This document shows, piece by piece, positions 1-8,291 of a DNA stretch of 64,000 nt. The DNA is from an uncultured Granulosicoccaceae bacterium. Its GTDB lineage: Bacteria > Pseudomonadota > Gammaproteobacteria > Granulosicoccales > Granulosicoccaceae. Positions within the stretch are counted from its first letter, which is position 1; each line of letters opens with the position of its first letter. The notes below the pieces were generated by a model. The model was given only the letters and a program-made list of their open reading frames with translations. It was not told the origin of the DNA and did no database searches. A program made the translations under genes and the position numbers. The stretch covers positions 8,087 through 72,086 of the forward strand of contig CALLBO010000071.1 of the NCBI GenBank assembly GCA_937998875.1. The letters are read 5' to 3'.

Positions 1-281
1 GCAGCGGCGATGTTCCGGATGATTTACTAACACTGTACACCGGCCTGCGGACCGAATACCCTCGCATCACACACTTGCAGTATCTCGTGGTGGCACTCGG
101 CGACAGCTCGTATGACCATTTCTGTGGTGGTGGTGTGACGATGGATGAAGCACTTGCCGATCTGGGTGCGACTCAGATCAAGCCACCACTTAAACTGGAT
201 GCACTGGAAGTCACTGAGCCTGAAGAGATTGCACCTGACTGGGTAGTCAACGCAATCGCCGAACATCAAGCATCAGGCTAA
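1..281 (+). CDS. flavodoxin-like domain protein, C-terminal part (5' end lies outside the window)
   Basis: The frame is open from the window edge to the stop at 279-281. The translation ...LQYLVVALGDSSYDHFCGGG...PDWVVNAI resembles the C-terminal half of a flavodoxin/MioC-type FMN domain. Confidence 0.55.
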   Translation, partial: SGDVPDDLLTLYTGLRTEYPRITHLQYLVVALGDSSYDHFCGGGVTMDEALADLGATQIKPPLKLDALEVTEPEEIAPDWVVNAIAEHQASG

Positions 282-317
282 CAAGAGCACAACACTTAAA
301 TACACAACGGCAGATCA

Positions 318-1196
318 ATGGAAAAAACTGAACAGGTAAGAGAATTTGGCGGTTGGTTAAAGCGCTACACTCACAAAAGTGAGGCATGTCACTGCGACAT
401 GACCTTCTCTATTTATCTGCCACCTGAGCTTAGTAAAAATGGGCTTAGTAAAAATGGGCTTGATAACCAGGCGGCAGAGACAGCAAAAGTACCGGTGTTG
501 TATTACTTATCAGGCCTTACCTGCACCGACGACAATGTGCGCACAAAGGCAGGTGCACAACGCTACGCAGCCGAGCACAATATCGCATTGGTGATGCCGG
601 ATACCAGCCCGCGCGGTGACGGCGTTCACGATGATCCGGATCGTTACGACCTTGGCATGGGCGCAGGATTTTATGTTAACGCCACGCAAAGTCCCTGGGC
701 GCCTCACTACAGCATGTTTAACTATGTGACGCAGGAATTGCCAGACCTGATCGAAGCCAACTTTCCGGTAACCGATGTACGATCGATCTGTGGTCATTCT
801 ATGGGTGGTCATGGCGCTATGATCGCTGCTCTGAAAAATCCCGGTCGGTATCAATCCGTTTCAGCGTTTGCGCCGATCGCAAATCCCGTTAACTGTGCGT
901 GGGGCGAAGGATGCTTCGGCGCTTATCTTGGTTCCAACAAAGCCACCTGGAAAGACTGGGACTCTGTTTGCCTGTTGGAAACCGGTGCAGAGTGCCCGCC
1001 ACTCTTGGTGGATCAGGGCGGTAGTGACAACTTTCTTGAACAACAGTTGTCATTTCCCGCACTCAACCAGGTTTGCAGCAGCCGCGGTCTGGATGCAACG
1101 TTACGTCTGCAGGATCACTACGACCATAGTTACCACTTTATCGCTTCATTTATTGGCGAACACTTTACCTTCCACGCGAAGCACCTGAAAACCTGA
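318..1196 (+). CDS. fghA: S-formylglutathione hydrolase (esterase D family)
   Basis: 292 aa. Contains the GHSMGGHGA serine-hydrolase motif, LYYLSGLTCTDDN, and a C-terminal DHSYHFI, all typical of FrmB/YeiG/esterase D. Confidence 0.9.
   Translation: MEKTEQVREFGGWLKRYTHKSEACHCDMTFSIYLPPELSKNGLSKNGLDNQAAETAKVPVLYYLSGLTCTDDNVRTKAGAQRYAAEHNIALVMPDTSPRGDGVHDDPDRYDLGMGAGFYVNATQSPWAPHYSMFNYVTQELPDLIEANFPVTDVRSICGHSMGGHGAMIAALKNPGRYQSVSAFAPIANPVNCAWGEGCFGAYLGSNKATWKDWDSVCLLETGAECPPLLVDQGGSDNFLEQQLSFPALNQVCSSRGLDATLRLQDHYDHSYHFIASFIGEHFTFHAKHLKT
428..461 (+). repeat. perfect 15-nt in-frame tandem duplication (gcttagtaaaaatgg x2.3) inside fghA
   Basis: Read directly from the DNA. It encodes LSKNGLSKNGL. 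Confidence 0.9.
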
Positions 1197-1468
1197 GAAG
1201 CCGGATTACTGCGTGTGCAGGCAGTTCACATTTTCACGTTACAAGCAGCCTCCTAACACCACCTGGACTGCAGTAAATGAGGTGGGGAATTCCCACTGAT
1301 GAACATTTCCATTCGTTAACCTGTTACCACATTACAGACGCACAAGATTTTTTCCCCTAGAATGCAACAGCGAACTTATTTGTCAGGACATTAAGGGCAA
1401 CGCAGATACCCTTATGGAAGCATTCCCAAGTTTCATCAACAGTCAATTAACACACGAGGTAACCACCC

Positions 1469-3013
1469 TTGACTACGCTTAAACAGATTATTGTAGTAAG
1501 CACACTTACGTTGTTCGGCGCGGTAGCGCAGACAGCGTTTGCGCAACTGCCAAACTGCCAATCGGCTTCTTCAGATACGGATGGAGACGGTTTCGGTTGG
1601 GAAAATAACCAATCATGCCGCGTTTCCAGCTCCACTGGCTCCACCAGCAGCAGCCTTGGTGTATGCGCAGACGCCGCCAGTGATCCCGATGGCGATGGCT
1701 TCGGCTGGGAGAACGGGGCTTCTTGCCGGGTTGCTGCTTCCGACGAAAATACGACCGGATCAACATCGTCCAGCCTGCCTTCCTGTGCCAGTGCAGCCAG
1801 TGATCCTGACGGCGATGGTTTCGGATGGGAAGACGGTGCATCTTGTCGGGTCGGTGCTTCTGCTGGCAATGCAACCGGTTCTACTTCATCGAGCCTTCCT
1901 GCATGTACCAGTTCAGCCAGCGACTCTGATGGCGATGGCTTTGGTTGGGAAAACGGCGCTTCATGTGTGGCGGACCGCACCGATGTAGGCAGCTCTACCT
2001 CTAATGGCATCATCAACGATGATGATCCTCCGACTACCACTCAAGGCGGCGAGTTCACTTCAGATGCCACAGGCACAGATGTAATTCGCGTATCCAGTCT
2101 GCCGCTCACCGCTGCAAGATCCATCACGGTTAACTCCGACGGGGGTGATCAATTCAGGACTGAGCAGGTTGGCGACTTCCAGCTAATGCAAAACGCATGG
2201 CGTGCATGGCGCGCAGCTCCAGGTTATGAATGGACGCAAACGATCTACACCAATAACGGCAGTGGAGCACCAGTTGGCTGGAGCTATGATTGGGGCCCGG
2301 GCGTACCTGGTGTCAATGGCCTTGCCTCGGACGACTTTTACGTTCGTTCTTACCCTGAGCTTATCTACGGCATCAAAGACGAGTTTCGTACCAGTGCAAC
2401 TAAAGCGCAGATCGGTTTCCCTGTCCGAGTTGATGCTATGCCAGCAATATCTATAGACTACGCCTACGACGCGCCGCTGTCTGGTCCCTCAAGACCAGTT
2501 ACTGCGTCCGTAAACACCAGCCGCTATCCGAATAACACCAGTCAGATTCAGGGCGAAAGAAATGTTGCCGTTGAGTCCTTCATGTATGAGTCTGTTGGTG
2601 GCGTCTGTGATGACACCCTGCCAGTAACCCGCACCGGTGGCTCAAATCACGTATATGAAGTAATGGTCTGGCTGGATTCAGGTGCTGAAAGACTACCCGC
2701 GGCTCAAAGCGGTTACGTCACCACCGTTTCCATACGCGGTGCAGACTACGACGTCTATACAAAATCGAGCGACAATCGCTACATCGCTTTTGTTGCCAGG
2801 AACCCTCAAACAACCGGCACTATTTACTGGAATGACTTTATCGACTGGGCACGTATAAATGCGCATCAGGTCCAGCAGGAATTCGGCGCCAGAAGTAATT
2901 CGGTGCAAATCCAGGATTCCTGGTGTGTCGCCAACATAATTGTCGGTACAGAGATCTTCTGGGGTGCCGGCAATTTTGACCTGCTGAATTGGACTATCAC
3001 CCAAAGTCAGTAA
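1469..3013 (+). CDS. secreted protein with signal peptide, 4 Cys-bracketed DPDGDGFGWEN modules and a C-terminal GH12-like glycoside hydrolase domain
   Basis: TTG start, with GAGG 9 nt upstream. N-terminal signal peptide ...AFAQ. The C-terminal domain has NVAVESF, YEVMVWL (candidate nucleophile Glu codon 2658-2660), YIAFVA and VGTEIFWG (candidate acid/base Glu codon 2951-2953), in the same order as in GH12 endoglucanases. Confidence 0.7.
   Translation: MTTLKQIIVVSTLTLFGAVAQTAFAQLPNCQSASSDTDGDGFGWENNQSCRVSSSTGSTSSSLGVCADAASDPDGDGFGWENGASCRVAASDENTTGSTSSSLPSCASAASDPDGDGFGWEDGASCRVGASAGNATGSTSSSLPACTSSASDSDGDGFGWENGASCVADRTDVGSSTSNGIINDDDPPTTTQGGEFTSDATGTDVIRVSSLPLTAARSITVNSDGGDQFRTEQVGDFQLMQNAWRAWRAAPGYEWTQTIYTNNGSGAPVGWSYDWGPGVPGVNGLASDDFYVRSYPELIYGIKDEFRTSATKAQIGFPVRVDAMPAISIDYAYDAPLSGPSRPVTASVNTSRYPNNTSQIQGERNVAVESFMYESVGGVCDDTLPVTRTGGSNHVYEVMVWLDSGAERLPAAQSGYVTTVSIRGADYDVYTKSSDNRYIAFVARNPQTTGTIYWNDFIDWARINAHQVQQEFGARSNSVQIQDSWCVANIIVGTEIFWGAGNFDLLNWTITQSQ
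1556..1966 (+). repeat. 4 tandem coding repeats (36-40 codon period) of the C-x5-D-x-D-G-D-G-F-G-W-E-[ND]-x3-C module joined by Ser/Thr linkers
   Basis: CQSASSDTDGDGFGWENNQSC, CADAASDPDGDGFGWENGASC, CASAASDPDGDGFGWEDGASC and CTSSASDSDGDGFGWENGASC. Confidence 0.9.
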
Positions 3014-3061
3014 ACCTTGCCAGTAAATCGCAGCAGGTAGCACCTGCTCGATAAGCAATGC

Positions 3062-3095
3062 GACGGCAACCGGGAATCCGGTTGCCGTTTTTTTT
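3062..3095 (+). terminator. rho-independent terminator
   Basis: 11-bp stem acggcaaccgg/ccggttgccgt with a gaat loop, followed by T8. Confidence 0.85.
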
Positions 3096-3201
3096 GCCTC
3101 TATATTTTGTTCAAACTTGCTTTTTAGCGTCATGACACATAAACTCCGTCTCAAGATTTAATTTTAACGCCAGCTTGATGGCGATATTCGGAGTCACATC
3201 A

Positions 3202-4965
3202 ATGAAGTCATACAAAATCCTGTTGGCGGTGCTAACCGCAGTGGCGGCTACCACAGGTTCATCTGTCACACACGCTCAAAGCTCGCTACCGGTTTGTCAG
3301 TCGGCATCTTCGGATCCGGACGGTGACGGTTTTGGTTGGGAGAACTCAGAATCCTGCCGTGTCAGCACTACTACCGATAACCCTCCTTCAACCGGTGCTG
3401 TGTTTTTCTGCCAGAGTGCAGACTCTGATTCAGATGGTGATGGTTTCGGCTGGGAGAATAATCAATCCTGTGTAGTCCCGGTAGACAGTGGTGACCTCGC
3501 TCCGGGTGCGGCACCTTTTCACCCAACCTGCAGTTCAGCTGACAGCGATCCGGATGGTGACGGATTCGGTTGGGAGAACAACGCAACCTGCGAGGTCAAC
3601 GGCAGCACAGCTTCAGACAACGCCGGTAACAACCAGACTACTGCAATCTGCCAATCGTCAGACAGTGATCCGGACGGTGATGGTTTTGGTTGGGAGAACA
3701 ACGCATCATGTGTTGTATCGACTGATCTCGGCACAGACGATGACGGAACAGGTAATGGATTTATACCGCGAGATATTTGCATACTCGCCAGCAGTGATCC
3801 GGACGGTGACGGCTTTGGATGGGAAGACGGCGCAACCTGTATTGTAGACAGCACGAGCGCGGGTGACGGCGGTGACCCCACAGAAGACAACAGCTTTCGT
3901 ACCATCAGACCATCGGGCTTACTCTCAACCGGCACGCCAACCTTCCAGTGGACAGCACTGAACAATGCCGAGATGTATACCCTGGCTATTGCAGACTCTC
4001 AAGGCAATGGCTACGCATTCGAAATTGATCCACTGGTTGCAGGTTGCGAGGGCGGAGGAACCTGTTCGGCAACACCGGACCTTGCCTACTATGACAATGA
4101 CCTTACATGGCGGGTCAAGTCTGTGGTTAACGGGTCAGACGGACCGGAAACTGCGCGAGTTGCAATCACCACTCCACGTAATTTAAACGTGCAGCCGGTC
4201 AAGTCCGGTGAATGTGAAGCATGGCCATCGGTGGCTTACGACAAATACATTGTTTTGAACAACACCTGGAACTCGCGAACCATGAACCGCAGTGACTGGT
4301 CACAAAAAATCTTTGTTAATGAAGATCGTTTTGGCAACGTCACACCCACATGGACTTACGACTGGCTGGGTCGATTCGACGGTGGCGAGATAGAAGTTAA
4401 AGCCTACCCGGAGGTTCTGTACGGACCGAAGTTAGGTACCCACATATCAGGTTCTAAAGCCGAAACCGGTCTGCCGGAACTGGTATCTAACCTGCCGGAG
4501 TTTGTAGTGGACTATGCTTACACTGAAACCGGTGATGCAGAACGCAATGTGGCGATTGAGGCATTCTTCCATGACTCCTGCAACATTGCCGGCCCGTGCG
4601 ATGAGGTTGATAACCGCGCTTACGAACTGATGATCTGGGTAGATAATCCGTCGATCAGAACACCAGGGCGATTGGCACTGACCGGCGTCATGATTGATAA
4701 CCAGTTGTGGAACGTCTACATCAAGCCAAACAGCAATAAGCACTACATTGCATTTACCGCTCAAAACCCCCAATCGACTGGCACGATAAACTGGAACCGC
4801 TTCGTCGAATGGACGGCGAACTGGACTGCTGAAAACGCAGCAGCGCTAGAGATAGACGTGCTAAAGCCTGAGTTCTGTATGGGTGCGATTGAGATGGGCA
4901 CCGAAATGTGGTGGGGTGCAGGATCGTTTACCCTGAACAAGTTCGATGTGTCATTTAGCCGGTAG
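3202..4965 (+). CDS. secreted protein with signal peptide, 5 DPDGDGFGWEN modules, an Ig/FN3-like middle domain and a C-terminal GH12-like domain (paralog of 1469-3013)
   Basis: The ATG at 3202 begins the signal peptide MKSYKILLAVLTAVAATTGSSVTHAQ. The C-terminal domain has NVAIEAFF, YELMIWV (Glu codon 4624-4626), YIAFTAQNPQSTGTINW and MGTEMWWG (Glu codon 4903-4905), collinear with the first paralog. Confidence 0.7.
   Translation: MKSYKILLAVLTAVAATTGSSVTHAQSSLPVCQSASSDPDGDGFGWENSESCRVSTTTDNPPSTGAVFFCQSADSDSDGDGFGWENNQSCVVPVDSGDLAPGAAPFHPTCSSADSDPDGDGFGWENNATCEVNGSTASDNAGNNQTTAICQSSDSDPDGDGFGWENNASCVVSTDLGTDDDGTGNGFIPRDICILASSDPDGDGFGWEDGATCIVDSTSAGDGGDPTEDNSFRTIRPSGLLSTGTPTFQWTALNNAEMYTLAIADSQGNGYAFEIDPLVAGCEGGGTCSATPDLAYYDNDLTWRVKSVVNGSDGPETARVAITTPRNLNVQPVKSGECEAWPSVAYDKYIVLNNTWNSRTMNRSDWSQKIFVNEDRFGNVTPTWTYDWLGRFDGGEIEVKAYPEVLYGPKLGTHISGSKAETGLPELVSNLPEFVVDYAYTETGDAERNVAIEAFFHDSCNIAGPCDEVDNRAYELMIWVDNPSIRTPGRLALTGVMIDNQLWNVYIKPNSNKHYIAFTAQNPQSTGTINWNRFVEWTANWTAENAAALEIDVLKPEFCMGAIEMGTEMWWGAGSFTLNKFDVSFSR
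3295..3840 (+). repeat. 5 coding repeats of the Cys-bracketed DGDGFGWEN module
   Basis: CQSASSDPDGDGFGWENSESC, CQSADSDSDGDGFGWENNQSC, CSSADSDPDGDGFGWENNATC, CQSSDSDPDGDGFGWENNASC and CILASSDPDGDGFGWEDGATC. Confidence 0.9.
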
Positions 4966-5352
4966 GCGTTACCGGTAACTGTGTATCCGGCAAATTTAAT
5001 GGATGGGCATGATCGTCGGCAGATGATCATACCCATCTGCCAAGTCTACCAATCCACGTATGACCACGGTATTTCACACCCTTAGCTGCCAGGCCGGAGA
5101 TGATGTGACCTTAGATGATAACGGCTGTAAACGTTAAAAAGTGCTTCGCTCAAGGGTAACGACGCAACTTTAGCTACCCATGAAGGCAATGTTCAGTAAA
5201 CTGACGCTAGTCTGGAGCCGAACTCCGACGTAGTGGATCGGCGCATCTGCCAGGATATGTCTTGCAAGCTGACCATCCACTTAGTTACCGTTGGCGTCCT
5301 GAACCATGTTGCTTACGAGCGTATCCAGTCCTTCAATAAGGAGCTAGTCCCG

Positions 5353-6594
5353 ATGTCTTTATCTTCTCGCGCGCGCCACTGCGCATTGCCGCTGATCGCG
5401 GCAGTTTCATTTTTACTACTTACACCTCCGTCTGCTATCGCCAACGATCCGCCACAAGTCACCGTTAATGGTGCTGCTGCCGGAATGCAGATCAATAATC
5501 CTGTGCGTTTTCAAGGTGTCACCAAAGACCCGCAAGGCATCCAGGAGATATTCGGTACCATTCAAAACTCCAGCACTAATGCCTACGTCACCCAGGATGG
5601 CGGCAGCAGTGAACAGCCTTCGCGGATTAAATTCAAGTTTACTGCGTCGCAGTCCACTCGCTGGATTTCACAGAGCTTCAATCTGCCACGCGGTCGTTAC
5701 ATATTTCGTATCCGGGTACGCGACAACCAGGGTGCAACATCACCGATGATGGAAGTACCATTCATTGCAACCGGTGCTAAAGGTCCGGCAGTTGCTGAAG
5801 CCCCTGCTACTAACCAGCGCTCAACCGCTGCGGTTGCAGGCGGGGCAGCTCCGCGTACCGCCATCCAGTTTCCAAAAAATGGCGCTAGTCTCAATACAGC
5901 AGCAGCATTCAGCGGAATCGCAAAAGATGACCAGGCCGTTGTTGGTGTCATCGCAACAATTATGGATACAGCTTCCGGGCAGTTCCTTACACCGAATGGC
6001 AAGTTCGCGCAAACCGGTCAGTTCAAGCTGCGCACTATTCAGGGTAAAAACGCACAGTGGACTACACCTCAGGTACAGCTACCGGCCGGTAACTACCTGC
6101 TATCTGTAAAGGCAATAGACAATAGCGGTCAGGAAGGCCCGTGGGCGCAAAGTAAATTCTCAATCGCCGCGGCGCCAGCTGCAGCGGCAACAGCTGTTGT
6201 TGCCGCGGGAGCGAGAGCTGCAAACGGTATGGCCTACTGCAGCAACCAGGGCATGGACGCAGACGGTGACGGCTTCGGCTGGCAGAATGAGGCCTCATGT
6301 GTGGTCGCTGGTTCCAAAGCAGACACGCACCCTACCTGTGCTTCATCGGCCTCAGATCCTGACGGCGACGGCTACGGCTGGGAAAACGAAAAATCCTGTA
6401 TCGTGGTCGTACATTGCACATCTGCCAATTCGGATGCAGATGGTGATGGCTTTGGTTGGGAAAACGAACGCAGCTGTATTGTGCTCGATCAAGCCAGCGC
6501 TTCACGCTTCCCGGCATGCAGCCAGGGTGCCGCGTCAGATCCCGACGGTGATGGCTACGGGTGGGAAAACAACGCCACATGTGTGGTTAAGTAG
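5353..6594 (+). CDS. secreted protein with signal peptide, two Ig-like domains, an Ala-rich linker and 4 C-terminal DGDG[FY]GW[EQ]N modules
   Basis: ATG at 5353 with AAGGAG at 5338-5343. Signal peptide ...PPSAIAND. There are two internally similar ~100-aa beta-rich segments, and the modules sit at the C-terminus instead of the N-terminus. Confidence 0.65.
   Translation: MSLSSRARHCALPLIAAVSFLLLTPPSAIANDPPQVTVNGAAAGMQINNPVRFQGVTKDPQGIQEIFGTIQNSSTNAYVTQDGGSSEQPSRIKFKFTASQSTRWISQSFNLPRGRYIFRIRVRDNQGATSPMMEVPFIATGAKGPAVAEAPATNQRSTAAVAGGAAPRTAIQFPKNGASLNTAAAFSGIAKDDQAVVGVIATIMDTASGQFLTPNGKFAQTGQFKLRTIQGKNAQWTTPQVQLPAGNYLLSVKAIDNSGQEGPWAQSKFSIAAAPAAAATAVVAAGARAANGMAYCSNQGMDADGDGFGWQNEASCVVAGSKADTHPTCASSASDPDGDGYGWENEKSCIVVVHCTSANSDADGDGFGWENERSCIVLDQASASRFPACSQGAASDPDGDGYGWENNATCVVK
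6238..6582 (+). repeat. 4 coding repeats of the same Cys-bracketed module
   Basis: CSNQGMDADGDGFGWQNEASC, CASSASDPDGDGYGWENEKSC, CTSANSDADGDGFGWENERSC and CSQGAASDPDGDGYGWENNATC. Confidence 0.9.
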
Positions 6595-6612
6595 TCTCAC
6601 AAGTTGCAGACC

Positions 6613-6646
6613 AAAGGCTGTCACATCCTGACAGCCTTTTTATTTG
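6613..6646 (+). terminator. rho-independent terminator
   Basis: 11-bp stem aaaggctgtca/tgacagccttt with a catcc loop, followed by ttatttg. Confidence 0.75.
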
Positions 6647-6757
6647 TGGCGTTGCCGTACAGAATCTGTAACGCTAGGTAGTTCTTTACTGACTGCTAAT
6701 TGGCGTTTTTCTGATTGAGCTCTACTATCACGGTATTAATACTGCCTGTGATACTCC

Positions 6758-7411
6758 GTGCACCCCACCACTTCCTGCGCTCAGCTTGCACTGCAGCTGA
6801 CAAGCCATCGATTCAAGCGCCAGCCATTAATCATAGGCGCGGTGTTGCTGGCAATCAGCTCGTGTTCTTCGCTGCCAATCAGTGCTACGCAAAACGTCTG
6901 TCATATTTTCAGCGAGAAAAATGGCTGGTATCGATCGGCCACGAGAATGCAGGAAAAGTGGGATATTCCGCTGCATGTACCAATGGCCGTCATGTATCAC
7001 GAGAGTAAGTTCCGACGTAAAGCCAAACCGCCCAGACGCTATATTCTAGGCGTTATACCCGGCAAACGACGAAGTTCGGCCTACGGCTATTCGCAGGCAC
7101 TGGATTCCACCTGGGAAGCCTATATCACACAGACTAAAAACTACGGCGCTAAACGCACCAGCTTTGATGATTCAATTGATTTTGTCGGTTGGTATATGAC
7201 CAAATCAACCAATCTTGCACGCATCCCCAAGACTGACCCCTACAACCAGTATCTGGCCTATCACGAAGGCTGGACGGGATATCGCAAGCAGTCCTACAAC
7301 AACAAACCGTGGTTGTTGAGAGTCGCGTCTGAGGTTGTGACTACGGCCGAAAACTATGAGCAACAACTCCGTGGATGTAACGCATCGTTAGAGCGCAGGC
7401 TGCGGCGATAA
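6758..7411 (+). CDS. lipoprotein with a lytic transglycosylase (SLT)-like domain
   Basis: Lipobox-like LLAISSC. The motif MYHESKF (Glu-Ser) followed by YGYSQ matches family-1 lytic transglycosylase motifs. The GTG start is uncertain. Confidence 0.5.
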   Translation: MHPTTSCAQLALQLTSHRFKRQPLIIGAVLLAISSCSSLPISATQNVCHIFSEKNGWYRSATRMQEKWDIPLHVPMAVMYHESKFRRKAKPPRRYILGVIPGKRRSSAYGYSQALDSTWEAYITQTKNYGAKRTSFDDSIDFVGWYMTKSTNLARIPKTDPYNQYLAYHEGWTGYRKQSYNNKPWLLRVASEVVTTAENYEQQLRGCNASLERRLRR

Positions 7412-7428
7412 TCCTTAGGGGATGTTTG

Positions 7429-8103
7429 CTAGACCCTGGTGCCCTCACCAGTGCCCCGTTCAAGATCACCGGCAATGTAGTACGCCATCAATCCACCGGC
7501 AATCGCACCAAACAGATGCCCCTCCCAGGACACAGCAGGTTGAGTCGGCAATACACCGAAAAACAGCGTTGAGCCATAGGTAATTGCTACCCCGATTGCG
7601 ATCAGCGCGGACAACAGTCTTTTTTCAAAAAAACCGGCGCACACCAGAAAACCAATTAACCCGAACACCAGCACGCTTGCGCCAATATGAATGGCATCTC
7701 TGCCGAACAACCACAACAGAACGCCGGCTATCACGCTGATATACACAACGATATCGATACTGTTGGCTCTGGACCCTGCGAGCAGACACAACAGCACCAC
7801 CAATGGCACCGTGTTCGCCATGATATGACCGAGGTCAGCATGCAGAAACGCAATGGTGACAATACCAATCAAACCTTTCAAACTGCGAGGCACGAGACCC
7901 AGTTGCTCAAGCGGCAGAAATCGATCGAGAATAAAGATCGCCCAGATCACCGCAATAAAAACGGCAATTCCGGTGAGATCCCGTTTAAAGGAATGCGCAT
8001 GCTCGACTGCAGTTAAAGGTCTCATCGCTTTGTCTACTCCCATACGTACTGCGTGACTGCTAACTTCGTATTCGGGTGGCCATTCGCGCTCACCGCGGAA
8101 CAA
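7429..8103 (-). CDS. rhomboid-family intramembrane serine protease
   Basis: Polytopic membrane protein with HADLGHIMANT, GASVLVFGLIG (GxSG) and a distal EGHLFGAIAG histidine. The true start may be an internal Met. Confidence 0.8.
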   Translation of the reverse strand: MFRGEREWPPEYEVSSHAVRMGVDKAMRPLTAVEHAHSFKRDLTGIAVFIAVIWAIFILDRFLPLEQLGLVPRSLKGLIGIVTIAFLHADLGHIMANTVPLVVLLCLLAGSRANSIDIVVYISVIAGVLLWLFGRDAIHIGASVLVFGLIGFLVCAGFFEKRLLSALIAIGVAITYGSTLFFGVLPTQPAVSWEGHLFGAIAGGLMAYYIAGDLERGTGEGTRV

Positions 8104-8291
8104 CTGTCGGTCTTGTATTATGCCTGTGATGAACCCGTTATGCGCTCTACCTGCCGCCTACCTGCCTCCCCCTACCTGAACTTATGCGTACCGACCGGTA
8201 TTACCGCTACGGTGCGACTTTTATACAACAATGCCAGCGGTGCAACATATTTCAACTATTGAATTTCACAGCAAGGCGATACAATGCGACG

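Noticed and set aside
1447-2040. 197-aa minus-strand ORF (and 3519-3965, 148 aa) with periodic FSQPKPSPSGSL units
   Set aside because: It is the antisense reading of the DGDGFGWEN coding repeats. The periodicity is imposed by the sense-strand repeats, it has no signal of its own, and it lies entirely inside better-supported genes.
5000-5040. 13-bp imperfect hairpin gatgggcatgatc/gatcatacccatc after the second GH12-like gene
   Set aside because: It has one mismatch and no T-tract, so it is not convincing as an intrinsic terminator.
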